NCBI RefSeq assembly: GCF_001194135.2
Contig: NC_068981.1
Location: forward strand, 98,000,931-98,064,930
DNA length: 64,000 bases
Reading direction: 5' to 3'
Source of the DNA: Octopus bimaculoides
Taxonomy: Eukaryota
Shown here: in pieces, positions 27,087-37,801 of the stretch
How the letters are laid out: each line of letters opens with the position of its first letter
Position numbering within the stretch: the stretch's first letter is position 1
Made by a program: the position numbers and the translations under genes
The notes under the pieces: model-generated
The model's input: the letters and a program-made list of their open reading frames with translations, nothing else
Told to the model about the DNA's origin: nothing
The model's database searches: none

Positions 27087-28455
27087 TAAGTTTTGTCCTA
27101 CCTACATACAAAGATGGAAAATTGAAGTGTAAAAGGGAAATGGGGGAAAATAAAAGAAGACTTGAGCCTCTGTGTATGTTTAAATAAAATCCAATTCATC
27201 TTTCAGATTTACTTCTGGACAAGTTAATCAGATTGAAACAATATTTGTACTTACATTCACACAGTAATAATATGCAGACTATTAACACAGCAAGGATAAG
27301 ACCAATCAGAGGTATATATTACAAGAAACATGCAAATGAATAAAGGATCCTCTATGCAGCCACTCAACTTGTTAGATGTAGTAACCTAATCTCCCTCACA
27401 TCACACCCTACCACCTCAAAACAAAAATTTTAAAAGACTTTGGAAAATATAGTCCCATGCAGACTGGAACACGTTTGAGATGATAAGTCTGTTCAATCAG
27501 GAAAGATTTGGAGCTAAACAATAACAATAGCATATAAGTACAAATAAAAACAAAAATAAAAGCGTTTTAACATACACAGAGCTGTAAGAGTACATAAAAT
27601 TTCACAAAACTATCAACACACACATACACACAAATATATATGAACCACAAATATGCACAAGTACAGACACTTCACACCCAACAAACATATAGTGCAAGCA
27701 CATACAGAAACATACAGATCACATACAGAAACATACAAATCAAAATGCTTACACATACACAATTAAAACCAATTGTGGTAATACATAACTGCACACACAT
27801 ACAGAATACAGTAGAAGCAGACCTGACACCATAAGGATGGACACACAAACACACACACACACACACACGCACACGCACACGCGCGCGCACAAATGGAGAG
27901 AACAGCTAGTAATAAGTCAAATGAGCAAAGACTAATTGGAAGAGATTCAGGAAAATAAAATAAAATTTGCATAGTAAGTGAAGAGAGAGAAGAGAGCTAA
28001 GGCAAAGCTGGAGAGAAATTAGGATAATGAAATATAAAATGTAAATTCACATGCAAATAAAATAGAAGATAAAATATGGATTTATTGAGCACTGTCCTAA
28101 ACTCTAGCACTGCTGCCACTTGAAGGTTTAGACAACAGAGAAGCAAATCAACAGGTTATTCTTAAACATTTTGATAAGAAAAATGTTAATAACTTTAACC
28201 AGATTTTCTTTAAACAAAACAAAGGAGCTGCCTGCTAGAGAGTTTCAGGAAGAGACTGTATTGGTAGGTACATGAGTGACAGATGTTAGCATAAACAAGC
28301 AAGACTCCTTTTTTGCTCAAACAACACAAGACAGAAATCACAAAGCAAAGATAAGCAACTGGAAGACTGAGAAACTGATGAAAGTACAACCAGTTTTATT
28401 TACTATTGAGCAGTTTAGTTTCAGATCAAGACATTACGGCTAAATGAAAGAGTAG

Positions 28456-28611
28456 AATGAGCAGTTACCGAATCCTACGCTTGCGTTCCGTCTGTTTGAT
28501 GATGTAGCTGGCCTAAGGGAGGAGGATAGACACCTCGCACAAACTGTTGATAATGATATGGATTCCATGAGCTCTGCATGGGAAAGAAGATTGGCTAGTG
28601 AATACTACTAA
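28456..28611 (+). pseudogene. Possible degenerate LINE reverse-transcriptase fragment
   Basis: Frame TLAFRLFDDVAGLREEDRHLAQTVDNDMDSMSSAW loosely resembles the RTE LRFADDIDGL...L...V..L region. Confidence 0.4.
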
Positions 28612-29190
28612 TAGCAGTTGAAGAATTAGAATTAGAAGAAGAATAGTAAGAAATCAGAACAATTGAAAGAAATTTTAACTTTAGATAGTCATTGAACAAA
28701 TGAATAGTTTTAGAAACTTAGGGAGAATTGGTATTCACATCTGTTGAAGAATTGAACCATGTAATGACAATGTAGCCAGAACAAAATGTAAGTCCTATAA
28801 GGAACAAAACCACTCAGATCAATGACATGTAGGACCTACAAGTGCATCTAACAACTATACAAGAACTGAATCGCATAAAGCACCACAATCCAGAAGAGGA
28901 AAAGAAAAATTCTAAATAAAACTTCTATGCTGGTGTCCCAATATAATCCAATATGAGTTGCTAGAACTAGTAAAAGGGAAGTGGGGGAAAATAACAAACA
29001 AAACAGACAAAAACCAACAACAGATCCTGTTGGAAATCGTAACAGAATAAGGCAACGACTTATGTATTGCAGCTTTTATTATCCAACAGTCAAGTTAGTG
29101 ATGTGCAAAGAGCATCAAAAAACAAATCAAAAGTAGTTATGCAGCAAGGTGAAGATGACCACACACTCACACACACACAAACATATATAT

Positions 29191-29364
29191 GGGGATGCCA
29201 ACAGGAAAACTAAAACTCACAATATCAGTATAAGTACATTTTCATTAATCTTTAGCAAAAGCAACCGTGACTCAAGGGTCAAGAGTTTCGTGTGATAGCA
29301 CTTATCAAACTTGAGGAGTGCCAACATAACTCAGCCCTTGAGTCACTCTGTTACCTCTGCAAAT
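29191..29364. mobile_element. Foldback element carrying a hammerhead-like motif (copy 1)
   Basis: Homologous to 47112-47321 (leader gatgcMaacaggaaaa, gtgactcaagg...ccttgagtcactctg). Abuts (TA)n. Confidence 0.75.
29261..29315 (-). ncRNA. Type I hammerhead ribozyme candidate with U3-A8 core
   Basis: Minus strand CUCAAGU-UUGAUAA-GUG(cuauca)CAC-GAAA-CUC(uugacccuu)GAG-UC-ACGG. Stem II 3 bp, stem III 4 bp, GUC site, weak stem I. Confidence 0.55.
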
Positions 29365-29769
29365 GAGTAATATACATATATCTTTTATCTTTTACTTGTT
29401 TCAGTCATGTTGGTGCACCACCTTCAAGAAGTTTTAGCCAAACAAATTGATTTCAGTACTTATTTTTCTTTAAGTCTGGTACTTATTTTATCAATCAATT
29501 TTGCTGTATTGCTAAGTTATGAGGACATAGATACACCAACACTAATTGTGGAGCAGTGCTGGGACACACACATGCAGTTTGTCTTCCAAATTCACTCACA
29601 AGATTTTGGTTGGCCCAAAGTTATAATAGAAGACACTTGTCCAAGGCACCATGCAGTGGGACTGAACCTAGAACTATTAGGTTGGAAAGCAAACTTCTTA
29701 CCACACAGCCATCCCTGAACACATCGGAAAATTTCTTACCTAACAGCCAGGCCAACACCTATATATACT

Positions 29770-31236
29770 TCATCATCATCATCATCATTGTTTAATGTCC
29801 ATTTTCCATGCTGGCATGAGTTGGACAGTTTGACTGAGGTCTTGAGAGCCAGCGGCTGCACCAGGCTTCAATCTGATCTGGCAACATTTCTGCAGCTGGA
29901 TGCCCTTCCTAACACCAAACAATTTGCAAGTGTAGTGGGTGCTTTTTACATGTCACTGGCACAGGAGCCAGTCAAGCGGGCCTGGCATTGATCATGTTCG
30001 AACAGTGCCTTTTATGTGCCACTGGCACGAGAGCCAGTCAGCGGGTACTGGCATCAGCCCTGATTGGTTGGTGCTTTTTATGTGCCACCGACACAGGAGC
30101 CAGTCAGGCAGACCTGGTATAGACCACATTCGGTTGGTGCTTTTTACGTGCCACCGGCACAGGAGCTAGTCAGGGGGCACTGGCCACAGCTACGGTATTG
30201 GTTGTACTTGACTCAACAGGTCTTCTGAAGCATATCATATCGCACAACGCGTCAGGGGTATTCTTAAAAGGGTCGGACATGTGTGGCTGTGATCTCACTT
30301 GGGTCTTCTCAACCACAGCATATTTCCAAAGGTCCTGTTCTCCCGTCATTGCCTCTGTGAGGCCCAATGTTCGAAGGTCATGCTTCACCACCTCATCCCA
30401 TGTCTTCCTGGGTCTACTTCTTCCACAGGTTCCTTCTACAGTTAGAGGGTAGCACTTCCTCACACAGCTGTCTTCATTCATACATAACTCATGACCATAC
30501 TAGCGCAGACGTCTCTCATGCATACCACATTTGATGCTTCTTATGCCCAACTCTTCTCTCAGGGCACTCACACTCTGTTGTGTATGCACACTGACATTAC
30601 ACATCCAGCAGATCATACTAGCTTCATTTTTTTTCAAGCCTATGCATGTCTTCAGCATTCATGGCCCATGTTTCACTGCCGTGTAGAATGGCAGTTCGCA
30701 CACATGCATCATACAGTCTACATTTCACCCTGGGCAAGAGGCTATTAGTTGCCAGCAGCGGTAGGAGCTCCATGAACTTTGCCCAGGCTATTCTTACTCT
30801 AGTCACTACACCCTCAGAGAAGCTACCCCCACAATAGACTTGATCGCCTAGATAGTGGAAACTATTTACTTCTAGTTTCTCCCCCTGGCATGTGATCAAA
30901 CCTGTTTTCTGTACATCTTTAGTGCTTACTGCCCCAGTGCATCTGCCACACACAAAAACTATTTTCCCGGTTAACCTTCCTTTGATATTGCTGCACCTTT
31001 TATGTGTCCATAGGTTGCACTAGGTACATCGTATGGAGTTTCTACCCACGCCTTTTCTACAGATTGAGCAGGGCCATCTACCTGAAGGGGGTTGTGATTT
31101 TACTGCCTTCCTACTTACTAAGACTTTGGTTTTGCCTAGGTTAACCCTTAGGCCCTTCAATTCTAGACCTTGCTTCCACACCCTAAACTTTGTCTCCAGT
31201 TCTGGCAGTGACTCAGCTATTAGAGCAAGGTCATAC
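29770..31236 (-). mobile_element. 5'-truncated RTE LINE (RT C-terminal half, PHD insertion, 3' UTR, (GAT)n tail)
   Basis: YDLALIAESLPELETKFRVWKQGLELKGLRVNLGKTKV; VNSFHYLGDQ; LHGSETW; GRSRPRKTWDEVV; stops and frameshifts present. Confidence 0.92.
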
Positions 31237-31327
31237 TTAAAGAAATATATATATATATATNNNNNNNNNNAACTTTGTCTCCAGTTCTGGCAGTGACTCA
31301 GCTATTAGAGCAAGGTCATACTTAAAG

Positions 31328-31360
<33 letters not shown>

Positions 31361-31363
<3 letters not shown>

Positions 31364-32595
31364 GTTAAACAGGATGTCAAATATTAAGGCAAGGCAAATA
31401 TCTCATACACAATATTATTACAGGAAGAAATTCAAAATCTTACAGCTGTTTCTGGGATATCCTTGAGTAAGGGATATTTCCTCATTACATGTAAGCACAA
31501 ATTCTTCTGCATTTTTAAATTCTTTCATAAATCTAAATGTAAGCTCACCTCTCACTAATAGCACCTACATACATACAGCTGTGATCATTAACGCATACCC
31601 CTTCTATATCTCTACAACTCCTATCTCTACCTTATGTTTTACCTCATATCTATTGACCGTACCTCATCACACTATAAGATTAATATTAATCCTTTAATTT
31701 ATCCTTAATTTATTTTAAACCTTAAACCAAAAAATCCCTTAATATAAACCACTAACTCTAACTCCCACTCATAAATAATTCTTCTTTTCTGGACCACCTA
31801 CACACAGAACTCCATTGCTAAAAATAAGTCTACAGCCACTGACCTTAGCTAGGACGGACACAAGCATTTACTATTAAATGTCCTCTACAACAACCTTAGA
31901 CTTTGAAACCACCAGACATCTACAACACTCTTTAAATCTTTTTCATTTTACTCTTTTTTTTTTTTACCCTTCTTCCTCTACCTCCTCATCCTCTCTATCT
32001 TCTCGGCTACCCCATACACAATTCTTAGACACCATACACATATACACATTACCTTATCATATATAGCCAATCCTTAAAATCCCCCCTACATCACTCTATC
32101 CACCCCTCTTTCTATTTCTTTTCTTTTATCTTCTTTTATCAATTAACAGCCACCTCTGCTACCATTCTGTTATTGAATGTTGATATGCTTGCATCTTTTT
32201 CTTGGGAAGTCTACTATATAAAGACTTCAACCCGCATGGATATATGCAGGATTGCACCTAAAAACTTACACCCCTGAATATATGCAGGATTACACCTAAG
32301 AACTCATGGTTTGGTTTCTTCGGAAAGTTGAACTATGAACTTTTATGCCTCTTTTTTCTTCTCTCTTTCCATCTCCCTATTCTTTTACTCCCTTCCTCTA
32401 TGTTATCATCTTATTGAGATATACCATTCTCATTTTCCATTTTTTTTTTCCCCAATTTGTTTCTGATTACGGAATATCCCATACTCAAGGATATCCCAGA
32501 AACAGGCATAAGATTTTGAATTTCTTCCTGTAATAACATTGTATATGACTTGAGATGTTTGCCTTGCCTTAATGTTTGACGTCCTGTTTAACAAT
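31361..32595 (+). mobile_element. Penelope-like element remnant with inverted terminal copies (~130 bp) carrying degenerate hammerhead motifs
   Basis: 31361-31490 is the reverse complement of 32463-32595. Weak TLKPPDIYN motif at 31900-31935 resembles the TL.P.GLN end of PLE GIY-YIG nucleases. TA-rich flanks. Confidence 0.6.
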
Positions 32596-32782
32596 TATAT
32601 ATCAGTTTCTATCCACCAAATCTACTTACAAGGCTTTGACCAACCGGGAGTATAGTATAAAACATTTGCCTAAAGTCACATTGCTTTGGGTACAGTGGAA
32701 AGTAACCCTAAAAACTATGTTGTTGGGAAACAAAACCTCTTAAATACAAAACCTGTACTTAACCACTATGCCATATGCCCAC

Positions 32783-32866
32783 GGGCATATGGCGTAATGG
32801 TTAAGAGCACGGGCTACTAACCCTAAGATTCAGATTTCAATTCCAAGCAGTGACCTGAACACTAAC

Positions 32867-32906
<40 letters not shown>

Positions 32907-33045
32907 TCGAAAAATACCTTAGGAATGAGAACCCAGGTTCGAAATTTCCCCAAGACACCTGAAGAAGGCTGGAGGGTATATCAGCTGAAACGTGTTAACA
33001 ACAAACAAGATGAAGACAAATATCCATCGAATGTAAATAATGTAA
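32783..33045 (+). mobile_element. tRNA-headed SINE with (AAT)n spacer and hammerhead-like, Penelope-type tail
   Basis: A box TGGCGTAATGG, degenerate B box, (AAT)n, then GACAC-CTGAAGA-A-GGCTG...CAGCT-GAAAC-GTGTT. Confidence 0.7.
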
Positions 33046-36000
33046 TATCATCTTTGTTTCACAGCATCCATCCATCTTTGACTTCTATTCCCCAGAGGGT
33101 TGTGGGAGCAGAGTCCTCAGGCACCTCCTTCATAGGGTTCAATCAGAAGCAACCATCATTACACTTTCCAGCAGGATTCCCAAGCATGAACAGCTGGGAT
33201 TATGGATATTATCCAACCATCTCATTTATGGTCTACCCTTGGTCTCCTGCCAGTTGGCTTTATTTGAAGAATCCAACCTAACATTCTAATCACATGTCCA
33301 GAGTACCAGACCAGTGACTCTCACAGTATAATTATTTCTAATTAGCTTTTGTTATGCTAACTACATTATGTTAACACTAACTAGTGCTTTTCTTTGTAGT
33401 TTCTCTCAGTAGTATAGTCCTTAAAATATGCTAATTTTCATAGCAGTTTATATACAAACTTGTACATCAACTCAATGATTACTATGAACTATACTTTGCT
33501 GAGATATAATTAGCAATTTCTCACAGTATCTTATTATCTCAGATTCTTTATCTTCTGATATATTAAAAATACCATACTCTATTTATGATATTTAACAAAA
33601 TCTATTTGCATAAAAACGATTATTCTTTTCAGATTTTACCTGTCTAGAATCTAATAATGATTTTCTACATAGACACAAGGACTCAAATTTCAGAAAAGAG
33701 AACAGTCAGTTATAGTGAACCAAATGCATGATTAGTACTTTTATTTCATTAAACCCTAGAGGTATGAAAGGTAAAGTTACCCTAAGCAGAATTTGAACCT
33801 AGACTGTAAAGTGTTGGAACAAACAATGCAATGCTCTAAAAATTTTGTCAATCCACCATAAAACATTAAAGACTGTAAAGAGTTGGAACAAACAATGCAT
33901 TGCTCTAAAAATTTTGTCTATCCACCATAAAACATTAAATTTTTTAATTCTAAATCCAACAAAACTATACAGGTAATACATTAAATATATTCAACAGACA
34001 AAGTAATATACTATAATTAACTTAATTTTGTTATACATATGTAACTAAAAGTAACAGAAATAGCCATCCATGATGGACAGTTTACCAGAGTTATAAAAAT
34101 AGTCACTACACTTAGAGTTATTAAAAATAGTTACTACCTATGTTAAGCCAATGTACAACAGCAGCACTGTGTTGATTGTCTTAACAGAAAATTTCTTTAA
34201 TGCCCATCTGAAATATTAATATGCTAATAACTGCGTACGTACATACCTGTAGTGTGTGTCACACTTAGTTGAAAGGAAGAGGTAAAAAGAGAGAAATAAA
34301 ACTTGTTAAGCAGAGGAAGTATAGTGAGAGGCAATGCGGCAAAGAGGAGGGAGTGAAAGAGAGAGAGAAGGTTGATAGCGCTGAGAGGTAAGAGAAATAT
34401 AACACATTAAATGCAGGAGGATGGGTGAGAGGCAAGGAGACATAGAGGAGGGAGAGAATTGGAAGAGAGAGAGAGAGAGAGAGAGTTAGAGAGAAGAATG
34501 AGTGAAGAAAGGGAGTGGATAAGGAATAATAGTGAAAGAGAATGAAACCGTTCTCATATCATCATAGAGAAAATGCTGGAAAACTTTTCGTTTTCAATGA
34601 TATACAATAAAGCGGTAGAAAATATGAAAATTGCAAAAAGAAATGTTGCCTATCTATCTATCTGACAGTTTTTCTATCTGTCTCCCTCTCTCTCTCTCTC
34701 AGCAAATAGCTGTGGATGTTATTGTTACTTTTCTACAGTTGAAGGGAGAGGTAGAAAGAAAAAGAGAAATAAAAGGTGTCAAGCAGAGGAGGTATAGTTG
34801 AAATCAGCGGCAAAGCAAAAGCAAAAGAGAGAGAGAGGGGGAGATAGAAAGGGAGTGAGAGAGAAAGAGAGAGTGAGTAGTAATTGAAAGGAAGGTGGCA
34901 ACCACCAGCGCAGGATACTTCGCTGCCTTCTTCAGGAGGCAACCCCAATTCAACACGGTGAATTAGAAACAACACTCAAACTGGTTAGCAGGACAGGAAA
35001 ATTCAAGGAGGGAGTGGAACTCACTGACTACAGGTGGTACCAGTTAAATAAAAAAAAACCTCAATGCTTACACCTCCTGGGGATGTGGAAGTGAGCACTG
35101 TACAATGTGCATGTATATGAACTGTTGAATTTTAAAAATATCAAATTATATTGTATAAAACTTTATGATTATTAGTAGTATAACACAAAAAAAAAAATTA
35201 TTTGATAGTTTAATATGGCCACCATTTAAAGATGCTTACATTTTTTGTACTTTATACAATTTCCCAGGGTCCTGCTTATACATAATTATTCGATAGTTAT
35301 TAAATGAAGTCACTATTTACAGATGCTTACATTTTTTTTTTTGTTTTCCATGAGGTTTTTACAGGTCCAGCTAGTTTTTACTAATATATGAACTTTTTCA
35401 AACACAACCACAAAGCATACATTACATTGCATGCAAGGAGCATTTGGCAAAAGCAGCATGGAAATAAAGTATACAGTCAACTGAGAAATATCAGCTCATG
35501 TATAAACCACTCCACAGCATAATGAACAAGAAGACAGAGCTTAATGAACAAGAAGACAGGCACAGAAAGAAATTCTTGTTATCACTTTTTGGGGCAACAT
35601 AAAAATAACCAGTGATGTCACACACTGCATGACAGCCACTACACTTTCACCTCAACAACTACAATATAATTTGTAGAATGTAAGTGATAAAATGCCCTCA
35701 TTTTTCCTAATACCCACAACCATGTATCAACCATATTCAACCAATACACCAAACCTGCATTGGTTCTATAAACAGAGATCTTAAAGCATCCACCATAGGG
35801 ACAGCTTTGTCTCTACCAACAGCTAATATAAAAAGAAAAAAACACACACACACACACACTTCTCTTATTGAGAAAATATCATCACACCTCACCCTCTTAA
35901 ATATGAGCAATACCCAACTAGATCACACCCCACCATGATTAGGCTTCTATCAAACAAAATATCTCCTGACAAAAGTAAATCCTGAACATAGCTAGAACTG

Positions 36001-36214
36001 CATACCAAAGGCTAGCCCTTCTCTTCACGGTTAGAAAATACTTCAACACCCCATGTACTGACACTCTACAGAGCTCACCTAAGGCCAACAACAGACTATA
36101 TTGTTCCTACCTTAGGTTGCTGTTAGGTAAGTTAATAAAGGAAGTGAACTTTATAGAAAGTAGCCTAAAAGTGATAAACTATCTTCATAGTACTTCATAG
36201 TATATTAAAAAAAA

Positions 36215-36520
36215 GCATGTGGCTTAGTATTTAGGGTATTCAGTTCACAGTTGTATGGTCATGAGTTCAATTCCCAGCGATGCGTTGTGTCCTAAAGTAA
36301 GACGCTTTATTTCACATTGCTCCAGTCCACTAAGCTGACAAAATGAGTAGTACCTGTATTTCAAAGGCCAACCTTGTCACATTTTGTGTCAAGCTGAATC
36401 TCCCTAAGAATTATGTTACGGGTCTGTGTTTGTGGAGTGTTCAGTCATTTGAATGATAATTTCATGAGTAAACTGTTCCATTGATCAGATCAACTGGAAC
36501 CCTCATCATCATAATTGATG
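36215..36520 (+). mobile_element. tRNA-derived SINE (family of 9200-9460, 43000-43260, 43420-43720)
   Basis: tgtggcttagt...gagttcaattccc...tgctccagtccac. Confidence 0.7.
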
Positions 36521-36908
36521 CTTTGTAGCAAGGTTGGAAAATTTACCTGCCAGGGGAGAGGGAGGAGGTGAGAGCTTAATCAGATAGACCCTAAAAGAAA
36601 GTTGAGTTGATGACTGCTAAAATAGTCATCAAATTTGCATATATTAGGATCACAGTAACACCTTATTAATAAAATAAATAAACAAGCAAACAAATAATTA
36701 AATAGCAGAAACTAGATAATTTCTCAGCTGCAACACTTGAATTGGTTCCAGAGCACCTACAGAGTTATGAAACCAAAATATCACATCCAAAGAGAGATAA
36801 TGAGTTGGTGACTGCACTAAACACTTTTGATTAAATCTGTGTAATTTACAAAACCATAAACCTTAAAATCCTGGAGATTTTGCATAACATTAGGATAGTT
36901 AATATATA

Positions 36909-37801
36909 CAAGGTCTGATCAATAAACATCTAGACTATTGCCATAGTAATGAAGCTAAAGCATGCAGAGTGAAGACGCTTGGCAAAGATTGACCTTGAAC
37001 TCTGCTGTGCATGTGCACTAAATTTTAATATTTTAGCTCACTTCCACTGTTTACAGCAGTGCTTGGAAGGAAGGTGTGTGGCATGTGATCGTCGCATTGA
37101 CCATGACAGAGAAAGATGTCATGGCAATACCTGCTCAGAGGCCTACACAAAGTTGCAGAAAGTGTATGGAGAGGAGTGTATGAGCCACACACAAGTGTAC
37201 GAGTGGTTCAGACATTTCCAAGATGGTTGAAAAAATGTCGACATTGACGAATGCTCTGGGAGACTCATGACCAGCAGAACTGAGAAAAACATTGCAGATG
37301 TGCATGCAGCTGTGAAGAGAAACCGTCAAATCACCATCTCTGAGTTATCAAAGGATGTGCGGATTAGTTACGGTTCAGTTTAGTGCATTATCACTGAAGA
37401 TTTGGATATAAGATGCGTGTCTGCCAAGTTTGTGCCAAAACTGCTTTCAGCTGACCAAAAAGACACTTGAGTTTCAGTTGCACAAGATCTCCATGATTGT
37501 GTTGAGAACGATGAAAACTTTTTGAAAACCTTGTGTAGGTCTCTGAGCAGGTATTGCCAAGCTTTTGGCAAAATTTGATGCAGATTCTCTGCTCAACTTT
37601 CTCTGTCATGATCAATGGGATGATCACACGATACACACCTTCCTTCCAAGCACTGCTGTAAACAGCAGATGTGAGCTAGAACGTTAAAACTTGGTGCGCA
37701 TGCACAGCAGAGTTCAAGGTCAATCTATGCCAAGTGGCTTCACTCTGTGCTTTAGTTTCATTTCTATAGCAACAGTCCAGATACGTATTGATCAGACCAC
37801 A
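36909..37801 (+). mobile_element. Non-autonomous mariner with two 5' ends (long inverted arms), 893 bp
   Basis: TA-flanked. Arms 36909-37152 and 37529-37801 are reverse complements. Middle encodes degraded HTH region (MSHTQVYEWFRHFQDG...VSAKFVPKLLS...NDENFLKT). Confidence 0.92.

Noticed and set aside
31186-31345. 75-bp direct repeat in the RTE
   Set aside because: The identical copies sit either side of a 10-N gap, so this is a contig-overlap artefact.
33801-33937. 69-bp tandem duplication
   Set aside because: Simple local duplication inside a SINE copy.
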